NCBI GenBank assembly: GCA_001643675.2
Contig: LSRY02000023.1
Span: 620,001 to 684,000 of the forward strand
Direction: 5' to 3'
DNA length: 64,000 bases
Source: Monocercomonoides exilis PA203
Lineage: Eukaryota > Protista > Preaxostyla
The notes beneath the pieces were generated by a model. The model was not told the origin of the DNA, searched no databases, and saw nothing but the letters and a program-made list of their open reading frames with translations. Positions 13,301 through 25,982 of the stretch are shown piece by piece. Within the stretch, counting starts at the first letter, position 1. Every line of letters begins with the position of its first letter. Position numbers and translations under genes: made by a program.

Positions 13301-13997
13301 GCTCGTAGTTTCGGTGAATGGAAGTGTCTTACGAACAGAAGGCACGGGATCAAAATATCCGTTCTTGATGTAAGCTTGGGAGTACACAAACCAAAGATCG
13401 TTTGAAATGCCAAATTGCATGTGAGGCGCAATGGAACACGGAAGAACATTTTTAATATCAATGATGGAGAACGAAAACTGCGAGTGTTTTAAATTGCTTA
13501 TTCGCATTGTTTCCATATAATTTTTGTATGATGAAGGATATTCATTCAGAGGTGGCAAAATAATAATTCCTATCATAACTCCAACGAACTCTGAAGGAAA
13601 AGGATGCTGTGGGTTTATGAATCCTTTATGAACAAGGCATGCAACAAGATCAGATATGTCTGAATAAGGATCAGATCCAAACACCTGTCTTATTTCAACT
13701 GGGAAAAGTCTTGGCGTTAAATACTTGCGTACAACCATCAAAGAAAAGACATATATTTGCAACAAAAATAATAATGCAGATATTTTTCATACTTTTGATT
13801 CAATGAATACTTTTTTCAGTCTGCACGAATCATAACATGAGGTGAGCAAAAGCTGCCTTGTTGTCTTATTAGGATCATATACAATCACTATGCGCATTGA
13901 ATAAAATAAAAATAAATCGATGAAATGTCTTTTAATATGTCAGACCATTGGTGGTTGCTTTCTGTTTTCTTTTTGTTCGAAAAGACATTCTGAGCAT
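7331..13997 (-). CDS. Large Rxt3/HDC1-like histone deacetylase complex subunit with a long low-complexity tail (4 exons)
   Basis: Spliced model from ATG 13997 with three phase-compatible GT-AG introns, joining the 13175-13765 and 7331-13117 ORFs. The N-terminal RQVFGSDPYSDISDLVACLVHKG...IILPP...FGISNDLWFVYS...LLLENDYEQFELC resembles Rxt3/HDC1 motifs (RxxWGTDxYTDDSDLVAxLxHxG). RGG box at ~11480-11575; acidic and Lys tracts. Confidence 0.65.
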
Positions 13998-14139
13998 ATT
14001 AAATAGTATAATGAAATTTGCTTATTAGTTTTAATCAGATATTCACACATTTCTTCGGAAGATATCATTCTTAATTCAAAATCATAAAAAAAAAGATTTG
14101 GAGAACCATAAGTCATTCAAAAATATTTGATTTTATTTT
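13998..14139. promoter_or_regulatory. Putative short bidirectional promoter
   Basis: About 142 bp between the inferred divergent ATGs at 13997(-) and 14140(+). Confidence 0.4.
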
Positions 14140-17100
14140 ATGACAGAATCTACGGAAAGGTACACTTTAGAGTGTGCCTTAAGCAAGATCCGACCAAACG
14201 AGGAGTTTCTTAATTTTTTAGGACATCATTCATCTCATTTATCATTTTGTGGACTTCCATCTGTTTGCTTTTTTTTAAAAGTTGATTAATGCTCTTATTA
14301 ACATATCTTTCATTAAGAGTTTTCAAAACACTCATTCTCCTGATGGTTTTGTTGCGATGAAAACTCTTGTTCATTATCCTTATTTGAAATCGATCAGCTT
14401 TTCTGGATGTAGAAAAGAACTGTTACAAAATCGTTCATTCTGCTCTTCTTTGTGCGAATTAATATCACAAAACCATTCACTGATTTCTTTAGACTTATCT
14501 GCGTGCAATCTAGATGATGATGTGTTTTCTGAGCTTCTTCAAGCCATTGGAAAAAGTCATTCTCTTCGAAAATTGAATTTTTCAAACAATGAAATTCATG
14601 TTCACTCAGTTAATGAAGCAGCAAAAATTCTATCCATTTGTAAAAATATTAGAACTCTTGATATTTCGCGGAATCATTTTCTCAGTGACAACTCAGATTT
14701 TGTTTTAATGCTTACCACATTAGTCACAAGCTCATCCGTTTCTGATTTGCATATTACTGTAAATTCCAATCCACTTTTACCATTTTTTCCAGTTTTAATG
14801 AAAAAAGGAGGAATCAATAGGTTGTCCTGGAATAATTCTTCAATAACTGCGAAAGATTTTTCATCTTTTCTTCTATGTTTTCCTGAAACAAAGTCAGATG
14901 CAGCACGTTTAATCAGAGAAACGCACACACCGCCTAAACTTCCATCATATGACATTTTACCTCCTTCAAAGGCCAAATCTTATGGAAGACTCTTTTTTTC
15001 TCCCACTTCGCGAGCTCAATCAAGAGAAAGAGCAACATCGGCTCAACTTCCAAAGAAAGAAAAAAAATTAACTGCAAAAGAGAGAAGAGCGAAGAGAATA
15101 GCAGAGAAGAAAGAAAAAGAGCGCATAGATCGAATAACAGAAGAGCGGGAACGGATCATGCGAGGCGTGCAAGTCACAGATGTTTTGAATGTGTTAGAGG
15201 TTATTCAGACAAACACACAAAACGGAAGAGAAATCGCGTTTGGCCTTTCGCCACAAAATGAAGAAGAGCAAATGACAAAGCCGGGAAACAGGCGTCTTTT
15301 ATCGAAAAGTTCAAGTGCCGGCAAAAGAAGCACAAGCAAAACACGCCCAAAATCAGCTCTTCCTTCCACTTCTTCCTCATTTCGCCCATTTCAAAGCACA
15401 TCAACCAGCCCTCTGCGAAGAAGGCGCAATTTAATTCAGCCTCCGCATTTTCAGATAACTCATCTCGACTTGTCTTATTCCTCAGTCGACGAGCTGTCTG
15501 CTTCGCTTCTTTTCCTGCTTCTCTCGCTGAATCCGCGAATTGCGTCGCTTTCTCTATCACATTGTCCTGTGTTTGAGAGCAATTCTTCATTAGCCCCTTC
15601 TTCCTCTGCCACTTCACCACAATCACAATCACAACCGCAATCACAAGAAACTGCTTCTTCTTCTCCTTCTCCTTCATCTTTCACTTCACTCTCAAGACTC
15701 ATTCCTTCCCTCACCTCATTTTCAGACATTTCGCTTCGCCCAATCGAGTTGTGTCTTCTTCACATGCTTTCTCTGAACAACACACTCATTTCATTGGACC
15801 TTTCAGCCACTCACTTGTCTTCTCACCTGGGAATGTCTCTAATCAGCCTGTTGAAGCACGGAAGCTGTAGACAGCTAACTTCACTTGTGTTGGAAGAGAA
15901 TGAAGAGTTGGCTGGAGATGTGGATGAAGAGTTGTTTGGAGAAGAAGGAGAAAGAGGAGAAGAGGGAAGGAAAAGCAATATAAAAGACGATTTTGGAATG
16001 GCGCTTCTTGATTTGATTGAAAAAGGAGGAAGAGGAGAAGAAGCAGAAGAAGAGAAGATGAAAACAAGTACTCCTTCAATCATTCCAGATGGACTTTCAT
16101 TACTTCCTGTTTCCACTTCAACCGTTTCTTCTTCTTCTTCTTCTTCTTCTTCTTCTTTTTCCTCTTCTTCAGATCAATTAAATCAAAACATTCCTCATTT
16201 TCCGTTTGATCCATGCCATTTCCCTCTGCTTTCTGCTCGTTTTGGCCACAGTTCAAACAACTTCGATGAGCAAACAATGAAAAAACTTCCTCTTTTGCAT
16301 TTTCGTCAGATGAGGGTGACTCAATTTGAGAGGGATGCACTTGAATGGATGGAAGCTAAAAGACAGCAAAGTCAGCTGGAAACAGGGAAATGTGGAAAGC
16401 ATTTGAAAGAAAGAAGTTCAAGTTATTCTGATTCGATGAATGATGAAGAGAATGAAGACGAAGATTGCACAGGAACTGAACAAGAATCAGAAGATTTTGA
16501 TTTTCAAAACAGAGAAAGAGAAGAATTTCAATCAAAAGAGGAAAAATTGAGTGACACATTGATCACTTCTGTTGTTCCGCCGTTTATTGAGCCTGATTCT
16601 TTTGTGCATTCTTCCTATTCATTTGCTGATTCAGCCACAAAGCAGCTGACTTTGCGATCGATGAAAATGAACAGCATTTCAAAGAAAACGAAAAAAAGAA
16701 CAAAAAAAGGAGGAAAGAAAGAAAGTTCTTTTGATCAGAATTTTCTGAACAGAATGAATGCGATTGGTGATTCATCTGAACAGAGAAGAGAACAGATGAG
16801 TTGTTCTCCTCTGCCATCTCATTCTTCTTCACAATTTGCAAGTTCATCATCATCATCATCTTCTCCCTCTTCTTCTTCTTCTTCTTCTTCTTCTTTCCCT
16901 TCAAATCCTCGTGCTGAAATAGAATCTATCAGAAAGAATTCATTTAGCTCAGATAAATTAAATGATAAGCAACATCCACAAAACACATCTGGAATGGTTT
17001 TATCAGAAAAAGAACTTGATGAGAAAGATGAAATTGATGCTTGGAATGAGCTGAACAGCGAAATGGAAGATTTGAATGACGAAACAGAATGGAAAAGAGG

Positions 17101-17296
17101 AAGAGAAGAAGGGAAAACAGTTTCTTTTGAGAACAAAAAAGAATTTGGCAGTGAAAGTGGTATTCAAAAAGATGAAAAACCAGATTTTTCTGATAATTCT
17201 CAGACCAGCAACAAAAATCCTCAAATGAATGAACAACAGAAAACAAGCATTTTGTTTGCAGATAGCATGCAATCATCTCACAAATCTCCATTTCCT

Positions 17297-17331
<35 letters not shown>

Positions 17332-17612
17332 ATCGTCATCATCTTCTGTTCCTTCCTCTTTTTCTGAAGATAATTCGTCATTTGATTCAACTTCTGCATT
17401 TTCAGATTCGATTTCTGAGTATTTGACACAAACAGAACACATTCCAAAGGATAAGTCTTCTCTTCTTTCTTCTTTTTCGCCACTTCTTTTTTCAATAGAA
17501 GAAACGAAGGAGCTCGCAAAATGGTGGCAAAGAAGCTTTTTGCTGAATGTTGGCAATTTAGAAAAGTTTGCATTGTTTTCCCTTTTCATGTAAATGCATT
17601 GTAAAATTTCAT

Positions 17613-17659
<47 letters not shown>

Positions 17660-18226
17660 TTTTATTCTATTTTTTGATTTCTTCATGTTTATTTTTTCAT
17701 GACAATCACCAATTATTCCTAAACCATTCTTCTTATTGATTTCACCACTCTTTCCAGATATCCTTCCTTCTCACCCAAAATGCGATCATTGATTCAGACA
17801 GCCATCAGAGAAAACAACGTTCTTGTGGATTTAGCTGCAAATCTTGCTTCCTTTGAACCTTCAAAGCAAATTCAGCCACAAAAACAGACTGTTTCAAAGG
17901 AAAAAGAAGCAATGAAACCAAAAACTCGAACTGCTTCACCTAAAAAGGCAGCAACAAAAAGAACAGAAAAGTCAAAAAAGACAACATCTTCTGTGAATTC
18001 TTGTATTTCACAGAATATTCGTCCAAAATCTGCACTTTCTGGGCTTCTTCCTTCTGAACTGAATGTTCTTTCGGATGAATTGACTGAATTGTCAACTGAG
18101 TTGCTGCTTCGTCGTGAAGAAATAAACAAGAAAAATGAATTGGATTTCATCAAAGAAGAAACTAAAAAACTAACTTTACTAAGACATCCTTTAAAGAAGA
18201 AGAAGAAGAAGAAGAAGAAGCTTTGA
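14140..18226 (+). CDS. RNI-like leucine-rich repeat protein (3 exons)
   Basis: LxxLDLSxCNL/LRKLNFSNNEI/IRTLDISRN repeats. Exon 1 runs from ATG 14140 to a phase-0 GT at ~14263. An intron at ~17590-17757, containing (ATTT)n, joins the 17780-18226 ORF in frame. Confidence 0.8.
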
Positions 18227-18655
18227 AAATATTTGAAAGCAAGTTGTTTCTCAAAGACATTTTTCTACTATAATGCACCTAAGAAATGCAGTCATTTTTG
18301 CAAAACGCTTGATAATACTTTCATAATCAAATAATTTTAACCTTGGAATATTTATTTTGTTGTATAATGAAGAAAGAATTTCGTATTTATTTTTTGTGTT
18401 TATTTGAAGTTATACCGTCTTTTATAAATCACGAAATACTTATCAATACCTTTGAAAAAGCTTTTTTGTACAATCCTCATTTATAACTTTGATCATAGCA
18501 CATTATAAAAACTTTTTCCGGTTCATTGTAAAAATTTGTTTTATCGACTTATCAGAGAATCTTTTTACTTAAATTATTTGTTCGCGTGTAAGAAAAGGTT
18601 TTTGCAATGCCGATTTTTGATGTTGTTATTAAATTTTAATTTAATAAAGTAAATA

Positions 18656-21105
18656 ATGTCAATTTACACATCAAGAGAATTTCATAATGCTCCGCAAACT
18701 CGCCATTTGTTTGATATATCTGTAGAGCATAACTTTAAAGGTTAGAAATAATGGCTATTTATATCCATGAAATTTAATGCTTTATTGACATTTTAGTTCA
18801 TCATGTTGATTTTACTCCAAAATTGAGAGAGAAAACAAGCCTGATGGCCTACAAAGAAAGAGCCATGACGCGCTACACTTCAGAGATTGTTAGGCCACCA
18901 TGCAGTCTATTTCGGATATTTAACACTGATACAGAAAAAAGAACAATGCTTAATAGATTTTTATTATCCGTTTTGATGTACTTCCAAGCTTTTTTAAAGA
19001 AAAAGCAATTGGTGAGGGAGACACAAAAGCAACTTGCTAAAGAGTCACCAACAAGCCTTGCTCTTCAATCAGCTGTACCAATCGATAAAAAAGCAGACGA
19101 AGCCATTCAGAAAGAATTAAACACATATTTCGCAATGACGTCTCAAGCATATTTCAATGTTTTAGCTCATACATGCTTTGGAGGACGCCACATGGAAAGA
19201 GTTTCTTCCACACTTCAGGAAGAATTTTTCCAAAATCTTACAGATTTCACACTAATATTTTGCACCACAATTTTGGGAACAACTCACACGAAGGAAATAG
19301 AAACCGAACTGTTGAATATGATTGGATCTCCTTCATTCAACACGGCAGCACACACGACAGATTTCCAAGAAATCGAAGCATTGCTTGGAGTGAGTGGCAC
19401 TTCTGGAAAGCTAAGAAGAGCAGCGAAGCAGATAGTCACCCACAATCTGTTGGATGCCTCAAAATGCAAATGTCCGCTTTTGGCGTCTGTTTTCCCTTCT
19501 CCCCGCGAAATGCAGACACTTGGACGATTTACGCTGCCGACGAGTGAAATGATTGGGAAAGGAAGAGATAAAGAAAAAGAGAAAGAGAAAGAGAGGGAAG
19601 GAGAAGGAGAAAGAGAAGACGATGATGATAATGAAAACAAAGGAGAGAAAGGAGAAGAAGGACAAATAAAAGAAAGAGAATTCAAAAGCGAAGCTGAAAA
19701 CGGAGATTTTCCAACCACTTCAGATCGAAACAACAGAGAAAAATCACACAGAAGGCCATTCAATGAAACAATTCCTACTTTGCCTTCATCCTTTTCTGGT
19801 CAAATGAACCACAGCGCTGTCCATTCAGCCAGCAGCAGCAGTCGAATGACCCATTCATCGGCTGCATCTGCACTCACACAGAGAACAGCAAAGACGTCGC
19901 AGTCGACGAGACGCTCACATACCTCAAAAGGGATGGGAAAAACAGGAAGAAGTTCATTTGGGGGAATGAATTCTTCTTCTTCTATTTATTCTTCTTCTTC
20001 TTCCTTCTCTTCCAACCGAATTACCCCCACCCCTTCACTCTCTGAGGCAGTTGTGGATGACAGTACATTAAATGAGCTAAATTGGTGGGATCTGACTGAT
20101 TTAGACAACATCAACGTTTCTGTCTTGCTTTCTGCACATTCTCTTTCTGAGTTCAAAGAGCAATTTTTGCAGACGAAAGAGAAAGATCTGAAGGAAGAAG
20201 AGGAAAAATTGAAGTTGAGGCAGATTTTGAGAGAGAAGAAGTATCTGAAGCGGCCAGAGAGGAGGGCGATGTCGACAGAGTTTACGATTAGAACGAGGAA
20301 ATTCTATGATGCAGAGAGAGAAGAGGAGGATGAGGGAGAAGAAGATTATGAAGGAGAAGGAGAAGGAGAAGAAGGAGAAGGGGAAGAAGATAACGATGTG
20401 TATGATTACTTTGATGGAGAAGCAGTTGAAAGAGGAAGAAGGAGAGGGTTTGGGAGAACGGAGGTGAGGTTGGATGAGTTGCTGGGGGTGAAGAAGAAGA
20501 AGAAGAAGAAGACGAGCAATCAAAGATTAAACGAAATAAATAGAAAGAATGAGGAATACGAAGAGAATGAAGAAAATGACTGGAGAAATGAAACGAATTC
20601 ACTTCAAATAGAGAACGAGAAGAGAAGAACCGAAGAAGAAGAAAGAGAAAGAGAAAGAGAAAGAGAAAGAGAAAGAGAAAGAGAAAGAGAAAGAGAAAGA
20701 GAAAGAGAAAGAGAAGAAGAAGATCTGCTTTTGATTAAAACTCCTCCTCCTTCATTCACCTTGCCTCCCCCTTCTGAGTCGATTGCATCTCCAACACCTT
20801 CAAAAATGGCTGGAAATGTGCTGGCGGATGGGGAAGAGAAAGAGAAAAGAATTTCTTCTTCTTCTTCGGCTGAACGTTCTGTTTCTTTTGCTTCTTCTTC
20901 TTCTTCTTCTTCTTCTTCTTCTTCTTCCACTCCATCACGCCATTCAACTTCTTCCTCAGTTAGTTCCTCTCGAAAATCTCCATCTTCTAACACTTCATTC
21001 CCTTCTTCTTCTTCCTCTGCTTCTTCCTCTTTGTCCACTTCACATCCATCAAAGACACAGAAAGAGAAGCCATTCGATAGACCTCTTCCAATTCACTCTG
21101 AATGA
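18656..21105 (+). CDS. PPP1R36-like (PP1 regulatory subunit) domain protein with acidic/Ser-rich tail (2 exons)
   Basis: Exon 1 from ATG 18656 with an intron at ~18741-18796. FLLSVLMYFQAFL...EEFFQNLTDF...IETELLNMIGSPSFN...PLLASVFPSP resembles the PPP1R36 family pattern as recalled. Confidence 0.55.
20641..20712 (+). repeat. (GAAAGA)n hexanucleotide repeat encoding (ER)n
   Basis: About 12 perfect tandem units inside the CDS. Confidence 0.95.
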
Positions 21106-22234
21106 ATCGCAAATTAGAACTTTTCTGTTTATTTTCAACCATTTTCTGTTTATTTTCTGTTTATTTTGTGTTTATTTTATTTTATTTTATTTTATTTATT
21201 TATTTTTTTGATACAAGTCTACGAATAATTGTCTAAATCTGTTATTTGCTTTGAATGAATTATTAATAATTGCTTTTCTTTCTTTCTTTCTTTTTTATTT
21301 TTTTTTGTCCCATTTGCTAATAAGAAATGAATATTCACAAATTTCCTTCATCCTTTTTTGTTTGTTTATAAGAGAACAGATAGTTTATTCAGCCTTTTTT
21401 ATGATCTTTTTGTTGAATTTACTGTGATTTTTATATTCATTGAATTTTTATTCCTTTTTTTTTTGTTTTGATTACAAAATGGATGCTTTTCCTGAAGAGA
21501 ATGTCGATGCATTTTGTTTGAAATGGATCATTCAATTGATTCAGTGTCTATTTGTTGCTTGGCTTTTCTCTGTGTTAACAGTTGAGCTTACACTTTAATT
21601 TGGATATCCGCTTCATCTTGTTTGATTAAAGTGCTTTTGATGTTTTAAATCGAATATTTCCTTTCAAGTTCGAAAATTTGGATTTTTGTTTAAAAACAAT
21701 TGTTTCCGAAAATAAATTTTCTCAAATTGAAACTTTGAAATTAAGATTAAAATGTGATTAAGGCCCATGATCATCACAAATTATAAGTGAACAATAAGAG
21801 AAGAAAACGTTTTTGAAAACTAACCATAAAGATGAGAATGCTGTTTATTCAACTGATCCAGCAACTTATTTCTTTTATATGTTCACAACATTATCTTTTT
21901 CAACCAAAGAAAAAAATTTGTTATGGCAAAAAATTTAATATGAACCATAACAAATTTTATCTTTTTCTTCTAAAAAGGGATTGTTTTTTGCAACCCAAAT
22001 TTCAAAAAACTGTTCGAACGAAAGATCAGACGGGAATAGTATGGTTTGAAAAACCATAATCTTTGAGATTTCATATAAAACAACAACAAAAAGATGAAAA
22101 AACATTTGCAAGCGAAAAAAGAAAGCAAAATAATCAAAAGTGGAAACAGAAAAGTTTTCGAAATTGTTTGTGAAAAATTTTGGAAATTTCAATTTCAAAA
22201 AAATAAAGACATTCATCTGAGCAGTTCAATGGTA

Positions 22235-23256
22235 TTACCTCATTTTATTGAGAGAAGAAGCATCAAATACGACTGGCATTGAGTTTCGTAGATGCAACTG
22301 AACTTCTTCAGAGAGCAAAGCATTAGAATCATCTGGAATTTCATTATTATTATAAGTAGAAGAATAAGAAGAAGAAGATTGAATGAGCGGAGGGTAGTTG
22401 ATGAATGAATGAGAAGGAGGAGGTTGAAAGAAAGGAGGATTTTCTTGTTCTTCAGTCAGCATTTGTTCAATTTCAGAGAGAAGTTTATGAGCTTCTATGT
22501 GATTGGAGGTTGAGAGGGAAGAAGAAGAGGAAATAAAGGAAGAAGAAGAAGAAGAAGGAGAAGAGGAAGAAGAACAGGAAGAAGAAGAAGAAGAAGGAGG
22601 AGGAGGAGAAGGAAAGGGAGAGGAGGAGGAAGAAGAAGAATTCGAATATGAAGAGCAATAAATTGAAGTATCAGGAAAATTAGAAGAATGCTCAAAATCA
22701 TTCAGTTGAATAGCATCTTCATTTGATTCAGAATTCAAAATTTGCTCTTGTTTTTGAGGAAGAAAAGGAAATGAAGATAAAATTTGTGAATGAATTTGTG
22801 AGTCAATTGGAAATTGAGCTGGAATTTGAATAGAAGATTGAATAGAAGATTGAATAGAAGATCGAAAAGACGGCTGAATTGTTGAGTGAACTGAAGATTG
22901 AATTGGAGTTTGTATTTGTGGTTGTATTTCTGATTGAATTTCTGATTGAATATGAGATTGATTTTCTGATTGATTTTCTGATAGAATTTCTGATTGAATT
23001 TCTGATTGATTTTGAAATTGAATAGGAAATTGAATAGACGACTGTGTTTCTGATTGATCAATTGATTGAAGAGGGGCTTCAGTTAATGAATGAATTGAAG
23101 AAGGTGTTAAAGTTAAAGTTGGAGTTTGAATTGGAGTTTGAATTGGAGTGGGAGGAGGAGGAGAAGAAGGAGGAGAATCTTCAAATGAATTAAATGAAGA
23201 AGAAGAAGAAGAAGAAGAAGAAGAAGAAGAAGAAGAAGAAGAAGAAGAAGAAGAAG

Positions 23257-23289
<33 letters not shown>

Positions 23290-25180
23290 AGGGAGAGGAG
23301 GAGGAAGATAAATCTGGTTGTTCTTCTGTTTGAAGAGGGAAAGAAGGAATTTGTTGAAGAAAATGGATTGAAAAGAAAGGAAATGAAGGAGAAAGAGAGG
23401 AAGAAGAAGAAGAAAGTGAAGAAGATGTTGAGAGAGAAGAAGAAGAAGAAGAAGAAGAGGTTGAAGAAGATGATGATAACGATGATGATGAAGAAGCAGA
23501 AGCAGAAGATTCAGAAGATTCAGAAGAAAGAGGAAAAGATGAAAAAGGAGGTGAATGAAAATGATGAGTAGAAGATTCTGAAAACGAAGGAGCAGACGGA
23601 AAAGGCAACTGAGAAGGCTTCAGAACTTGAAATGGTGTTGGCTGAGAAGAGAAATCACAGAAATTTGAAGAAGAAGTCGAGAAGGAAGAAGAAGAAGAAG
23701 AAGAAGAAGAGAAACTGTATTCATTTGCGACTGGATCATCAAAGCAATATTTATTTTGATGCTTTAGAGAATAAACTGAATTTGTATCAACAGAAGAAGA
23801 AAAATCTGTTTGCTTTTCTTCATCCAAACATGAAAGTTTCATATTGTTTGCTTCTCCATCGCTTTCTTTACATTCCAATTGCTTCGCATAAAACGGGATT
23901 TCTTCCTCATTCATTTCTAATTTCTCCGATTTCTTTAATTTCTCCGAATACCACTTCTTCTTGTGCCTCAGCTCATCCACAAACTCCTCCATTTCTTTGA
24001 GAAGTGTCCGATTTTCCTTTCTTTTCTGCGTTTTTCTCTGCTTCTTCAGCTTCTGAATGAGTTTCCCCACTTCTTCTTCTGACTCTTCTCTTTTAACGCT
24101 CTCAGAAATCTTCCTTTCCAGTTCTTCTTCTGTCTCCTCTCCACCTCTTTCTCCTCGAATTCCCTCACTCAACAGCTCCCTCTCTCTCTCCTTCAGCCTT
24201 TCTTTCACTTCTCTCTCTGCCTCACTCCACATCTTCTTGTCAATATCATCCACAAGATTGTCTCTTCGTATCCAAACACCAAATTTCTTCGCTATTTTCT
24301 TCGCTTCTTTGATCTGCCGTGTGATGTGCTCGTATTCCATTCGCCTCATTTCTCTGTCTTGAAAATGGGATCCATAGCCATCGTCATTCGTAAAATCTCC
24401 AGAGTCATTGCCTGCTAAGCTGTTGTCTGAATCTGAATCTGAATCTGAATCAGTATTTGAATCTGAATTTTCCTGTTTTGTAATTTCCTTTTTTCGATGC
24501 TTCAGCTTTTTCAATAAAATTTTCTCCTCATTTTCCCATTTCTTGTTGAGAAGAAGAGTTAGCTCGCTCAACAATTTATGAAATTCTTTTGATTCATTTC
24601 CTTTCATTTCAATAACTGAAACATGAAGCTCTTCAAGATCGTTTAATGCTCTGCTTTGATCAAAATGGATGTATGAATTGCTTGCTAGCACTCCACCAGA
24701 AATTTTTCTGTTTTCACCAACTGATACAGACTGTAAAGATTTTGATTGCTTGGAAAATTTTGAATAAATAAAGTTGTTACTAGAATTATTGCTCAATGAA
24801 TAATCAGATAATTCTGAATCAATACAAAAAGGCGAACAAGATAAAATTGAACACTGGCACTTTTCAAGTACCTTTTTATTAACAGGATTTCCAAAAACGA
24901 AATCACAATTTGCGATACTGTTTTCGATGGATTGATCTTTTTTGCTGGTTGCAACATCATTTTCACGCTTTTCCAAACAATTGAAAGGATTTGATACAAT
25001 AGATAAAAAACATTCATCAAATGTATCGCTTGAATTCGTAGAAATTGGAGAATATTGAGCCATAGACAAAAATTGAGCATCAAATAACTGCGAGTGAAAT
25101 AAAGAGGGATAACTGGAATTTTTGCTGACAGTTTGAAAGCCAAACTCCTTTAAAGCATTTCTATAAATTGTATTATTCAT
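22235..25180 (-). CDS. Hypothetical protein, coiled-coil plus Ser/Gln-rich; paralog of 40650-42695
   Basis: 981-aa ORF sharing two motifs with the 40650-42695 protein. Poly-Ser is encoded by a long (GAA)n tract at ~23196-23286. Confidence 0.75.
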
Positions 25181-25982
25181 TGTAGTTAGAAATAAGATTC
25201 CGCCATTTCAAAAAAATGAAATTCAATAAAAAGTTATTTACTGAAATAATTTGTAAAGGGTATTTATGAAGAAAACAATGTGATTATTTGAATCACATTC
25301 TCAAACAAATTCAAAATATTTTCGATCCAAAAACTTGAAAAAATAACAATTTATTCTATTCTTTTCAAAAAATATTTATGAGAATTTTTATTCAAATTTT
25401 TGAAACATAAATGAATAATAAAAAGTGAAAAAGTTTGAATGAAATAATATCAAAAGAAATTGGTCAAGACTTTTTTCTTTTTTTAAATAAATTAATTGAT
25501 AGATAATGAGTTCTTTATTGAGTTTATTTCACATTTTTTATTGGAATTCAGGAATAGTACTCGAAAATATGAAATGGGTAATCATCGATCAAACATTTAA
25601 TTATGGGTTGTATTATTTTCCAAATAATTTTCAAATTTAGCACTTCACATTTTTCACATCATAAGCATTCAAAACAGCTTTTTCTATTTTTCTTTCCTGA
25701 GAAATACTTTTGTTTATAATTGAGAATTCCAATTTACAAATGAAATGTTAGTAATAATTTGTGAAAGAACATATTCATGGAAGATAATTTGAGTTTTCCA
25801 AAATAGAATTATATCATCAGTGATATAAGATGAAAAACTTATTATTTGCTGATTTACATACAACTGATTTTGTGTCATTAACAAATAAAAACGAACAAAG
25901 ATCAAAAAAGAGTTGGAAAACACACTTTTAACTTGCATTAAAACGAACACATAAAAAAAACTTAACAAAATAAAATTCGACT

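Noticed and set aside
21330-22230. Decayed coding-like sequence, possibly a TE remnant
   Set aside because: No diagnostic motif could be read.
22790-23150. 12-bp period repeats as a CRISPR-like array
   Set aside because: They are coding tetrapeptide repeats (IQSS/NQSE/IQTP) with no unique spacers, in a eukaryotic context.
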